A stretch of DNA of 63,336 nucleotides, counting the filler, from Folioceros fuciformis (Eukaryota), in assembly GCA_049999805.1 (NCBI GenBank). It is 4 parts of 4 records of this genome, joined end to end, with 100 filler letters (N's around TTAATTAATTAA, not from the genome) between each part and the next. Parts side by side here need not be neighbours in the genome. Positions count along the whole stretch, not along the records: positions 1 to 23,065 come from JBNGIO010003109.1; 3 more parts are not named here. The stretch is one strand, 5' to 3'. The notes under the pieces are model-generated. The model was given only the letters and a program-made list of their open reading frames with translations, searched no databases and was not told where the DNA came from. Positions 1 to 12,549 of this stretch are shown one piece after another; position 1 is the first letter of the stretch; every line of letters begins with the position of its first letter. The position numbers and the translations under genes are program-made.

Positions 1-604
1 CTTTCTATGGCAGTGCAAGTGGGAGCATATCGTATTTCTGCTCTCCATGCGATACAAGGTTATCTGTCACTTGGGGGCACACTAATGTAAGTCGGTTTCA
101 CGACAGTGTGCAATCAAGTTCTCCTTTCTCGAGTTCGTGTTATAAATGGCTTTCCTCGTCGAAGAACAGTGTGTTTACAACAGATGACCCTGTTGCAGGT
201 TTGTGTTTATGTTTGCTCTCGGAGCAGGCCCAGTACCTGGTCTGCTCCTGCCAGAGATCTTTGCGGACCATATACGTGGCAAGGCTATGTCTATCTGCAT
301 GTGCGTTCACTGGGTAATGTGTAAGCCGTCCATCTGAAATGTTGCGCAATGTGTTTATTCATCAGCCTTCATGGCATTCGATCACTCTGGCACTCGTACT
401 TAGTCGTGGGCTTGATTTTTGCAGGCGACGAATTTTGTAGTGGGATTTTCTTTCCTTCCTCTCATGAACCGGATCGGTGCTGGAGGCTTATACTCCTTCT
501 TCACGGCCGCATGTTTAGCTGCAGCTTATTTTGCCAAGAACTATTTACTGGAGACTAAGGGCAAAACCCTGGAGGAACTGGAGACATTGCTTATAGCCAG
601 GTAG
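1..604 (+). CDS. MFS sugar porter, plastidic glucose transporter (pGlcT/SGB1)-like; last three coding exons (<1-86, 199-313, 425-604)
   Basis: Spliced peptide contains FALGAGPVPGLLLPEIF..IRGKAMSICMCVHW|ATNFVVG and the sugar-porter C-terminal motif ETKGKTLEE. GT-AG introns at 87-198 and 314-424; stop at 602-604. Confidence 0.88.
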
Positions 605-1214
605 GAAGGAAGAGAGATCGTAGGGCAATTCGGAAATCACTTTCTCGAGCCAGCAGGGTAAGTCCCGAGGATTCCAGAATTAAGTCTCTGATTGATTGAT
701 CAGACTTGCAATTTAAATGGAATTTCCTTTTTCTGTGCAGTTTGTTGCCTTCATTTTAATAAAGTGAAAGGAGTATATCATGAGTTTTCCGTGTCTAAAC
801 AACCCGAAGAGCCGTTTCCATGGCAGCATCCGTGAGCGACTCAAAGCCCAGAAGAAATCCTCCTTCCTCACTTCTTGGTGCGAAACCTGGAGAGTGACCG
901 GGATCGGGCTTGCACATGAAATGTGACTTCTACACAGCCACTAACCTAATGTACAGGTGCAGACGGGGTAGGCACTCTCCCTATGAGGGAATAACGACAA
1001 GAATACAGGCAAACCTATGTAGGTTACTATAGGAATGTTCAATAAGGTGATAGTCATGTTAACTATTACAAAGTAAGCTGACATAAGCCGCTACCGGTAA
1101 CTCATCTATCCGTCCACCACCATTTTCGTAATGCTTGCGGCAACAGAAAATCAGCTCGTCCATCATCGTACCGCTCGGGCATAAGCCAGTTGCCCGAGAC
1201 TCCATGGCTCTGCT

Positions 1215-3809
1215 CTATGTAACCAATCCCCACTGCACGAGTTCCTGCAATCCTTTCTTGAGTCGCTCAGCGGCCACGATGCACTTTTCCGAGGTCAATC
1301 CGCCGAATGAGATGCGGACGAAGCCCCTGCCGCCACTGGCACTGCCTGGGATGACCAACACACGGTGTTTTTCAAGTAGCCAACGGACAACTGCAACATC
1401 ATCCTGCGCATGGGCCGGAAGTCTTGCCCACAGATATATGGCACCCTCGCCGCCCTTGACAGCCCCTTCCCCCAGAGGTGCCAGGGCGCGGAGCAATATT
1501 GCCTTGTTCTCGTTGAGCGATGTCACTCGCGTGTGAACCCAGTCAGGCCCAATCTCTAATGCGGCCAGAGCAAGCTTCTGCCCTATGATGGACGGACAGA
1601 TGGGAATGTTGTCCTGAACCTTGAGAAGCTGTTCTGCAAGACCGGCCACTGAAGCAGGATATGCTATCTGCAGCAGATAGCCTGGAGGTATAAGAATTAT
1701 GGAGCTGTGCGTAGAGACGGAGAGAGACAATGAGGAGTGCAAAAGTGACAAGCTTACGTATCCAATCCTCCATCCCATCATCCCATGAGCCTTGGAGAAT
1801 GAAAACACGTTCAGAACATGGTCTCCCTCAATGCAGACGTGTTTGAGCCCATCATACATAAAATACCTGCACTTCAAAGCACACTTTAGTGCTAAGCAGC
1901 TTATTTTTCACGTACGTGGCCCTGCACCTACCACCATGGCGACAAGAGGCTAACTCCAATTCATGGCCAACGCCGTGCAGCAATATACAAACTCGAAGAG
2001 CGCAGTATCTTACTCGTAAGTGTTGTCCACCACAAGCCAGGAACCTGCTTTCTTGCATAGCTCAGAGATCCTCTGATGGGATTCGGGTTTCAGTAGCCAT
2101 CAAGTAACCAGTTCACTGAATCAGTAGGAAAGAAGAGACCGAGTATTACCTTGAGAAGGAGCTCTGGCACATATGTGCCTGAGGGATTTCCAGGGTTCAC
2201 AACAGACACCAACTTGGGGATGGGTTGGCCGTCATCCTGCAGGACCTTCTCGAGCCACTCTGGACGATCATAAATGGATAAGGCAGTGGCTAACACGTAT
2301 ACTCGACAAGAAACACACGGAATGCAACACAGCATGGGACTTTTCCGACCTGAGTCTGGGTGAAGGGTATCAGGATCGCTTGGACCCAACAAGATGTCGG
2401 TTACTCCAGTCATCTGGAACGCCATGTATGAATTGAAGTAGTAGGGTGTGAACATGGCAACTGTGTCTCCAGGGTCGCATAATGTGAGTACAAGATTCAC
2501 AAATGCCTGCAAACAGCTCGTTTATGATGGTATCATAAAAGCTGATGAGCACTTCTCACTCCCTGACTAAATGTGGCTCATCCTTGAATCACCAAAACCG
2601 ACCTGGTTGGCACCCGTTGTGACCATTACGGAGGAATTGTGGAGCTTGTTCTCAATCTTTAACTACAAAAAGACAGAAGCAGACAGCAGCTGGAAAATTA
2701 GACCAAACCACAAAGTGCGACAGTCCTCAGTCACAAAACAGCTACGGGGGATGTGTGGACTGGTACCTTCTTCACCAGGGCTGCCCTAAGCTCCGGCATG
2801 CCATCGTCAGGACCGTAGAGACTTGTATTCGGCTGTACAATCTCCTCTTTGATTTTCTCCAAAGCCTCTGCCGGAGGCTGCCAGTGCACCACACCCTGCA
2901 CGAGCTAATACACGTTAGTGATCTCCTGCAGGACCAGCATCGAGATTTAAGGCGACAAACAACAGAACCGTGACGTAAGTATCCTCCCCTTGCGGAGCAT
3001 TTCATCCAGTTCACACGGGCAAGAGATACGCATAAGGCTGGCTAACGACAACTACCTGAGCCAGTGATAGGTACTCCGCAGCCCCACGCACCAACTGTTG
3101 CATCTGCAATTTTCAGGATACACATGCCAAATCAGCTCACAGCACAAGGAGAGGTAGTGATCCCCACAGTCAGGATATCATTCTCAGCAGTAACCAGGAA
3201 CCACGAAGAAAGTGTGCCAACAAAAAGAACAAACCGAGAAGGCCTCGCAAGGTTGAGTTGATTTTGTGCCAATTCAACCACAGGAGAAAGCAGCTATTGA
3301 GCTCCAAATACTGAATCTGCACACTTAACTCTCCCTACTTCCGGAATGATCGGAGTGACCAAACCCAGACATGGGACATGTCGCACAAGCAATCGACAAT
3401 CAACAGCAACCAGTTCTGAGGCAGTAGAGCTCTGCCTGCTACCAAGCAGAAAGCAGACCCCAACATCCGAATCCCCGATTACACCGGCATTGCTAGATTC
3501 AGCGGGTGCGGGTGGAAGGTGACCCTGATCTCATCTCTGAGACGGCAAATGGAATTGCTGCTTCGAGATAAAATTCTTGGCCACCGCCTCCAGCGACCAC
3601 AATGAGAGCAATTCACACTTAATTTTTCGATGACGTCTTCCGAGCACAGGGTACTCACAGCAATTCAGATTCAGAAAACGGGGAATGTGAGACCAGAGGA
3701 TATTTGAATCGAGTTTCAGAATGTGCCAACACAAGATTACCTGCACCATAACTGGAGTATCGGTGGAGAGGATCCGGTGCGCAAGAGCTAATCGGCTTGC
3801 TGCTGCCAT
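1215..3809 (-). CDS. ISS1: Aromatic aminotransferase ISS1/VAS1-like (class I/II PLP-dependent), multi-exon
   Basis: Exons read MAAASRLALAHRILSTDTPVMVQ / MQQLVRGAAEYLSLAQ / GVVHWQPP..YGPDDGMPELRAAL / SSVMVTTGANQ / AFVNLVLTLCD..PYYFNSYMAFQMTG / VVNPGNPSG / WLVVDNTYE / FSFSKAHGMMGWRIGY (PLP Lys) / QDNIPIC..VRISFGGL, all with GT-AG boundaries. Confidence 0.93.
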
Positions 3810-4849
3810 CCTTCCGAAGAATGCAGCCCCTCCTGTTCCCAAGTCACGATGGAGCTCACCAGCTTGACAGCACGGTTTTAAACCAGGCCGCACTGGCACC
3901 ATCAGCGTGTTCTGCCCTCCTTTTCGCTGTAAATTGACATGTGCTTTGAATAGGTAAGCTGATTTGTCGCACTGCTTAACAAGCGTATCTTATGTTCATA
4001 CATACAAAAGTGGTGGAGATCAGGTATGAGTGCGCTGTGTTTTTCCAGAGTGTACCGTCGATACGCGGTTATGTGGACTGCAATTCTTCCTGCATACACA
4101 TTTTTGCTCAAAGCAATGGTTATTGTTTTCTTGTATTTTTCTTAAAGTAAATATTTCTTTCTAGTGACTAAGAGAGATGGACTTGTTTTCTTAGTGAGGA
4201 CGTGGTACGTCTTTCATATAAAGTAGGTCCTTGATGATGAAATGAAGTTTGGCCTACGTTTGGTCTAACCTTAGGTCTGGTTTCTCCAAGCTTAGGTCTA
4301 CTTCCTCCAAGCTTGCACCTGGAGGAGGCCTCTCAACTATGAGGGATGCATCTTGCTCACTACCATGCGGTTATGCATTGCATTGCTACACGTGACATTG
4401 TTTGTGAGGATGATGTGTTCACTTATCAAATCCTTTGGGGAGCCTGTCTACCAAATGGGGCTTGTAATGGGCATTCCTTACACACTTGGAAAGCACATCT
4501 GTAGTATTTTCCAAGTGTGCTACAAAAGAGGGGTAACTCCTCCAATGTAGCATCTTTCCATAACAATTCAAGTGTAGTACTACAGAATTAATACAATTTT
4601 CATCTACTTAGAGGCAACGCAAGCCATGAACTTGATCCAATTGTGCCATGTCCATGACAAGTGATTTGCAACATAACACAATTTTCATTGACTTCAAGGC
4701 AATGCAAGCCACAAACTTGATAGAAATTGTGTCATGTCCACGAACCACACTTTGTAGGCGATTTACACTATACCAATGCAATATCTCACATCTCTCATGC
4801 TCCTTCGCCATCTAGGAACATATTTTCAAGCTCATTGCTCAAGGCCATG

Positions 4850-5340
4850 GGGAATCTTGACCTTCCACTACAACGCCCTACTTTCTTCACTAGCAAGAAT
4901 CTAACCCATGGATGCTATTGTTGAATTTAGAAGCCAGTGTTTCACTTGGAGCAAACACTTACTAGTCGCAAACAAACGGCCCATTATTTACCCTATGAGG
5001 AATTCATCCCTAGCAATCCAATGCACTCAATCCACCAGTGACAATTCCTCTTATCCAAAATGAATTCAGCTTGGAGATGGCGCCCTACAAGTAATGCAAC
5101 AATTGGAGAGGATAAACCAGTTTTCTCCTTGGGAACAATGACAACTTGCAAAGTTTGGGGTAGTGTAGGCTATTCATCATACACAACAATATGTCTTCTG
5201 CCTTAAGCTTGACAACCTCTCCATATACATGTGTCCAATATCCATTATGGCGCCTGCCTATATCTTGCTTGGCACGCTCCATTGCAACACATTAAATTGC
5301 AAGGACTTGAATCAACATAGTTTATGCTTCGCATGCTTTC
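4850..5340 (-). pseudogene. Possible highly decayed hAT transposase fragment
   Basis: AMERAKQDI..YW..V..LHYP resembles the plant hAT AMDRAKEAI..YW..LH.PLH region; otherwise full of stops. Confidence 0.3.
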
Positions 5341-7778
5341 ACTTGTTTAATTATGTAAGGTGCTTTGCCTTAGACCCTACATTGCGCAATGAGCAAGCAT
5401 TTTCATTTCTTTTTGTTTTTTTGTGCAATTAAATGAGAAATTTTACAAATTATACATATTGAGAAACAAGAACATCTTGCATTCACAAGAACAGGAAAAT
5501 GTGCGTGAGCTTGTGCATAACATTCCTTGCCATCAAGCAAACAACAACATTCCTTGCCATCTAGCAAACAATGTGTTTTCTTCATGATAGTCTAAGTACT
5601 TTCGTTCACACACCCCCTTTTTTTTTTGTGAACAAAATAATTCAAATTAAGTTAACTAGAAGCTACCCAAGATTACAAAAGCAAGGCATTTGCTATTGAA
5701 TAAAGGGGTCAGCATGTATAACTAGCACCTAGATCTAAGGAATGATCAACTCTCTACCTCTTCTAATATCTAAGCTGCTCCCCACACCCTGGGTTTCAAT
5801 GTAGCCTTACCTACCCCAAGGGTAGGAATGATTCCATTGGTTGTTGAGCCCAGGCTTAAGAAAACCATCTAATTTCCACCCTTTCCACTTGAACTTGGTG
5901 GGAGCAAATTCTCGTATACTATCAACAACCACCAAAACCTACTCCCATATGCGCTACAACAGAGCTTTACTAGATGCCAGGTCTCTTTTGCCATAGACCA
6001 CACACGTCTAGTTCAGCCAGAGACAAAAGAGTGGGAAAGACCACACCACACCCCACCATTGATTATGGAGCAATGGTTGGCCTGAAGCCTCATCTAGTCT
6101 AAATAAGAAAATTTGCTCTATGACTAAGAGGGTGTTAACAGGGAAGAGCCTTCGTAACCACCTGCCCACTTCTCACCATACACCTTGCGTAAAGCCGAAG
6201 TGAAAGAACAAGTGTTCACTTTTGTTGGGGGCGCTAGTGTTACACAGTTTGCATCATTCCTGCCCCGTACCCACTAGCATGCCATCACAATGATGGGCGT
6301 TAGGCAAGCACCCTCAGAAAAAGCACCAGATAGTTACCCTCACCTTAGGAGGGATACTTGGAGTCAACCACATAAGTTTAAAAGCTGCTCTTTGGCGCCG
6401 AAGGGACAATTTCAACCTAGGCGCCATTGGATTGCTTTGGTGGATTTTCTGCGTAGGAACCAGCCAATGGTAGATGTCCGCTGATGGGAAGTTGAAGAAT
6501 GACCTCAAGCTCCCTTGCATACTTCCGGGACATCTAGGCCATGTGAAGAGGTCAGGTCGCAAAACCAACTCCCCATTCTCCTTTAGCCAAAACCAACACC
6601 TCACAAGAGCTTAATGAGAAGGACATTTCATGTTGCCCTGCTCTCCTTGGGTGCGCCAATGGCTAGATTATTGAGTTTTGAAGAGGACCATGATCGTGTG
6701 TAGAGCCCCACTACATACCACTCCTTCTTCTCTGCCTATTTCCTCCAAAAGCCCTTCTACTTTAATCATCCAATAGGACAAGTTCTTGCTCGCTCTAGCT
6801 GGCACGGACACGAACACCGCTCTATCTAAGTCAAGAGAAGCAACTTGTTCTTCTTGGTGGGAGTCCCTCATCCTACAGTCTAGTGCAAAAACTCCCCACT
6901 CTTTAGTGATGATTGAAGTTTGCTGCAATAATACATGTCTCACCGTATCATCCATCCCTTCCTACAACCACAAGAAGATAAGTCTGACATGCTGAGATGG
7001 AATATCAAACTCTTCCTATATCTCCACCACTTCTTTCCAACATGACTCAACTCTATTCCACAAGTGCTCAAGTTGGTAGAGCCCTTGTCGACTAACTGAG
7101 CCAAAAACATGAGATCGATATACTCGAGGGATATAATCTTGCTTCCAAAGACCCCTTAAACCTTGGAGATAAATACTAAGCACATTGTCTCTGCTAAGGG
7201 TATTTACCACAATGAGGAAGGCTTTAAACTCTATGTAGCTGCTCCAGATTGAGTCTAAAAGTGGCGAACAATCCTTGGTTCGATATCTAGCAAGGGCTTG
7301 TCAGCCAAAATGTTGTCAATCGACCTTCGTCCTTGGGGAACTGCTTGAGTTTGATCCAAGTGCTAGGTTAACCAACTTTTCCAAGCGTATCTCGCTAGGT
7401 CTGCAACCTTTAGAACCCATTGTGCATGTAAATTTTCCATTTTTCTCTTGGGGTTCACCAATCCCAAACTACCCAACTACTTGTACTGGATAATATGCTA
7501 CCACACCACCTCATGAGATAAGGAGAGCAACTCCCTAAACTTACTCCATAAGAAGTGAGTCATAATTTGTTGCAACCTCCTCAAATTCACCTTAGTAGGA
7601 GCCCATAGGAAGAGATAATACCGTAGAGAAGCCATCAGAATGTGGTTTATCACTACAATCCTACTTGCAAGATTCAGGTCTAGTAGTCTTAGGCTGGTGG
7701 CTTTCCAAGTGATTCGGAGGCAGACATTTTCCAATCTCCCCATTCTCATCCTCCTCTTGGAATGGCAAACCCAAGTAC

Positions 7779-10700
7779 TGTTGGAGAAATAGCTTGCACG
7801 CTACGGATCAGCACCCAAAACATAGCAACAGGGGGCAAAGGCAGAGGTCATCCCCTCATTAGACGACCCTCACACCTGCATCAACAACCACATGGAGTTT
7901 TCAATAGCTCTAGCAGCTATCCTGTGAAGAAGAAAATCAAAGGACCTTGCAACTGGTGCTGTATCTTGGGCACTACGAGCACGAATGCAGAAAGAAGCAT
8001 TCGGGACAACCCCGACGAGACTCACCTCGATACGAGTCCAATGTTATCACATTTGTGACAAAGTCAACCCCTGCAAGTTCAATTTTAGCTATTTGTTTGA
8101 CGTTGACTAGAACAGACAGTTGCATATGGTTTTTGGACTCAAGAGCCACAACGCACATCTACAACTGCAAGGAGATGTTCACGTCATATTATACTGTCAA
8201 TTTTGATCAGCATGTCTTTTTAGGCGAAAATAGTTCTCTTTCAGTTGATGGGACTGGCGAAGTACAGTTGTGGTTGTCCACTAGAGAGGCTCTCACTATC
8301 AAGGGCGTCCTCCATATGCTTGCAATGACAAAGAACCTCCTTTCAATCTGCAAGTTAGCAAGAGAGTACGACCTTATCATTACCTTTCAAGGCAATCACT
8401 GTTCTATTCACCACAGGAAGGACAAAACTCAAACTGCCATAGCACATGGACTCCCTTTCAACGACTTGTCTCTCCTCAATATACAGCCATTCACATCACT
8501 GGTTGTTGATTGCTCCTTGTCTGGCGACCAAGACAACATACATCTATGGCACTGCCAAGCAGGGCACATCAACCCTAGGTACCTTAGCTCATTTGCCAAT
8601 CAATCTATGTACAAAGATCCTGTTAGTATTAAGGTACCAAAGGATTTCTTCAGCAAGATATGCAAGTATGCCAAGTTAAACCAACTTCCTTTAACGATCC
8701 TTCACCCACAAGAGCTCAACGCTTATTGGAAGTCGTTCATTCTGACATGTGCGGACCAATGAGCACCTCCAGCTTTGTAGATCATTCCTATTTCCTAACC
8801 TTCATGGATGAATGGAGTAGGTACTGCCATATTTTCTTCCCGCAACATAAGGACAAGGCACTTACTTGTTTCAAAGATTTTCTCCTATCAGTAGCAAGGC
8901 AAACAAGATTTCAGGTCAGCACACTCCAAACCGACAACAGAGGGGAATATACAAGGCACACTTTCCACGACTTTTGTAGGTCCAAAGGGATCCTCCGCCA
9001 ACTTATAGTACCTCACACACTTGCTCAGAATCCCTTTGCGGAGCGCCTGAATCGCTCCCTTCTCGAGATATCGCAATCCATTCTTAAGCTTTCGGGGCTT
9101 AACCGAGGTTACTGGGCAAAGGCCGTGGCTACATCCAACTACTTGAAAAAAAGATTACCTACTACAAAGGAGCTTCCTAGCATTACAACGTTTGAACGCT
9201 GGATAGGGCACAAGCCAAGAATTTCTCACCTCGGAATATTTGGAAGCCTAGCAGTTGCCCATATCCCCAACGTCTCTCGCATGAAATTGGAAGACAAGGG
9301 CCGAAAGCTCCTCTTCATCGGGTACTCATATCAGTCTAAGGCATATCGCCTCTTTGACCCTTCTACCCGTGAGGTAATCCTCTCTCGTAGTGTCCACTTT
9401 CACATATCCTTGCTCCTTCGCTCCTACACTATCTCCCTTTCCTCTCCTTATCCTACCCCCAGCATATCAAGCTCCCTTTCCTTAGATTCCCCTCTTACCC
9501 TTAAGAGGGGGCCACACATTACGAGGACTATTAGCTCCAAGTGCAGGATGAAATCTTCCAACCCTAGCAGCAGCCAATCCCACCTAAACAATCATCTCTT
9601 GACCAACAGCTTCCAGCCCCTAACGTAGATGAACAGCATGATCATGAGGTATGTCATGCTCCATAACCTCCTCCTATTCCTTTAAGATGCTCCTCTCGTC
9701 ACAGACCACCCAGACACGAGTGGTTAGAGCCTCCCTACATGCCTGGAGACACACTAACTTTAAGAGCACCCTCCTCACTTGAAAACCCTCATATAGATCA
9801 CGTTTAGCTAGCCCTTCGCCAAGCTCTCTCCACAATAGAAATGCAGGATGTCCCTGCCAACATCCAAGAAGCCCTTAGTACCCCTGAGTGGACAACTGCT
9901 GTAAAATCAAAATACGATTCCTTGATAGCAAACAATACCTGGAAGTTGACTGACCTACCAGTTGGAAGAAAGCCGATCTGCTGTAAGTAAACCTTCCACA
10001 AAAAGTTGAACCCAGATGGAATATTCTCTCGGTATAAGGCTAGACTGGTAGCCCAGGGCTTCACTCAAGTGTCAGGTTTTGATTATGACGAAACCAGACT
10101 CTTTAGTCCTGTCATAAAGGCAACTTCAATTAGAAAATTGAAGTCCAGCCCAAGTTTGGAACGAGACTGTAGACCAGTACCTCAAGACAGGTGATTTCAG
10201 TCCTATCTCTTCCGACACTATTGTGTACATCCTGAAGACCAAAAACAAGTTTGCAATTATCACTCTGTACGTGGATGACAATTTCATATTTGGGGATAGT
10301 ATGGAGATCATTCAGTACGTGAAGGACCTCCTGTCGAAGGAATATAAAGTGGTAGATATGGGACCTCTACGCTATGCATTAGGTGTACAATTCGAGTTTA
10401 ATAAGGAGGATCACTCCTTCTTCATCCACCAGGAACATTATGTAAGCCAACTGCTCGAAAGGTTTAACCTGAAAGACGCGAAGCCCATGGCAAACTCCAG
10501 TGGCATCTAGAGAGAAGGTATCGGCTGCCCCACTGCCCAAGCATACCTGAGGAAATACAGGAGATGTTAGGCATACCATATAGCGAGCCAGTAGGTAGTC
10601 TGCTCTACCTATCCATATGGACGAGACCTGATGTTGCACAAGCAGTGAACATGGCATCTAAATACCTCTCCAATCCTAGCAAAGCTCACTGGACCTGCGT

Positions 10701-11895
10701 CAAGCGTATATTGCATTATTTAAAGAAGACAAAGTCATTGGGGCTCATATATAGAGGTAACCATTCTCCCAAGCTCACCCTAACTTCCTTCTTAGATGCA
10801 GATTGGGCAGGAGATCTAGATGCGAGGAAATCAACTACAGCATACTGCATGACCATCAATGGTTGCACAATATCATGGGCGTGTAAGAAGATGCAGACCA
10901 TCTGCACCTTGTCAACAAAAGCAAAGTATGCAGCTACCACACTTGCAGCCAAGGAGATCATTTGGGTGAGACAATTCTTACAAGACATCAGCGAGAACCA
11001 GGATCACCCAACACAATTGTTCTGCGACAATCAGTCGGCCATCGCCATGACTCTTAACCCGGTGCTACATGCAAGGACTAAGCACGTAGAGATACAGCAT
11101 CACTTTATTCGACAAGTAGTATCCAGCAAGCAAGTTATACTGAAGTACATCAACACGACGGACAATATTACGGATCTGCTGACAAAGGGCATGCCGAAAG
11201 CACTCCTTAAGAAGCACACCAAAGGCATAGGCCTGGAGAGCAAAGAGTCTTATCTTGGCATCCATGCATCTGATGTCTCCAACAACCAGGATGCAGGGGG
11301 AGCATCTTAGCCCCTTTCGTAGCTCGGATTGGTTCTGGGGACAAACCCCCATTGACAGCTCAATCATCTGGAAGAGGCTAGACAATCGCCAGCTTGAGCC
11401 AAGCCCTAAGATTGTGACCTTCAGTTACAACAGCTCGAGCACCTTGCTTCTTCAATTTGCACCTTCCATCTTTGTGTTTGGGTACTTCCTCTTGCTCGAG
11501 ACTCGCAACCTTTTCACTGATCAGCTTGATTATGTGACTCGCAAGCTAGAGTAGCCACTAGAGACTTGACAGCACACTAAGGACAAGGTTGAGACAAGTA
11601 TGGGAGACTGAAGCCATCACGGCGAGCTTGAATCCGCAGCGAGGGGGAGTTTTGGAGAAACAACTTGCACGCTACGAATCAACACCTAGACATAGCAACA
11701 ATTTAGGGCATGTTTCGTTTAATAAGGATAAAACTTTAGTTGATTGAAACTGTTGTTTTAGTTATTTCCATTAATACATGTTAACCGAATAAAACGATTA
11801 TATAACTATACTCTCCTGAGTATATGTACATAGTTTTCCCTTAAATCAAAGTACTCTCTCAATTTGTATTTTCCTAGCTTCTTGATACAACTTTA
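7779..11895 (+). mobile_element. Ty1/copia LTR retrotransposon with internal deletions (5' LTR truncated, PBS and most of gag lost)
   Basis: 5' LTR stub 7779-7830 matches the start of the 3' LTR (11650-11895). PPT GAGGGGGAG at 11641-11649. TSD AGTAC at 7774-7778 and 11896-11900. Domain order is zinc knuckle, protease (WFLDS), integrase (HSDMCGP, TDNRGEY), RT (YVDD), RNase H (DADWAG, CDNQSAI). Confidence 0.92.
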
Positions 11896-12549
11896 AGTAC
11901 TTATGAGGGAAGCTTGGTTGGACACGAATAATATGCCTGATGCAAGTAGGAGGTTCCCCCTCCAAGTTGATGCACAACATCCTAGTCTTACTCCAGTTCA
12001 CTTTGCGCCTTGATAACTGACAGAAAACCTACACCTAGAAGAGCAAAGCTGTAAGACATTCCCTTGTTGCAGATGAGAATAGCAACGTATCATCAACGAA
12101 GGCTAAGATGCGCAACCCTGAACCATCAGGGGTCTGAATGCCTTCAATCCATGGGTCATGTTTGACTACTCACAAGAGAAAGTTAGTGACAATGATAAAC
12201 AGAAAGGGGGCCAAGGGGCATCCTTGACGGATAGAGCGGTAATGTCAAACCGTTTGGTAAAAGATCTATTGACGGAGACCATTGCACCTACATCTTCATA
12301 GAGGATTGCTATCCACCTGCAGAAGTTGTTACCAAGCCCAAAGCTCCATATGCATCTCCATAAGAAGTGCCACTCAACAAAGTCGTACGTCTTATAGAAA
12401 TATGGGGAGATAAACATAGTCAGTTTGTAATGAACCAAAGCGTTGTACTTGGCCTCACGCAAAAGCAATAGGTTATCGAAAATGCCCCTGTTTTGGACGA
12501 ACCCTTGTTGTTCCACCGCCAGCTACTCATCCAAAAAGGGATTGATCTT

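Noticed and set aside
7779-7830. Apparent ultra-short 52-bp LTR pair (7779-7830 / 11650-11700, both ending CA)
   Set aside because: The TSD AGTAC lies at 11896-11900, so the real 3' LTR is ~246 bp. The 5' copy is truncated by a deletion that also removed the PBS and most of gag.
11255-11554. Possible env-like ORF after RNase H with a hydrophobic stretch
   Set aside because: Short, overlaps the pol end, starts at a non-ATG codon, and has no supporting second copy.
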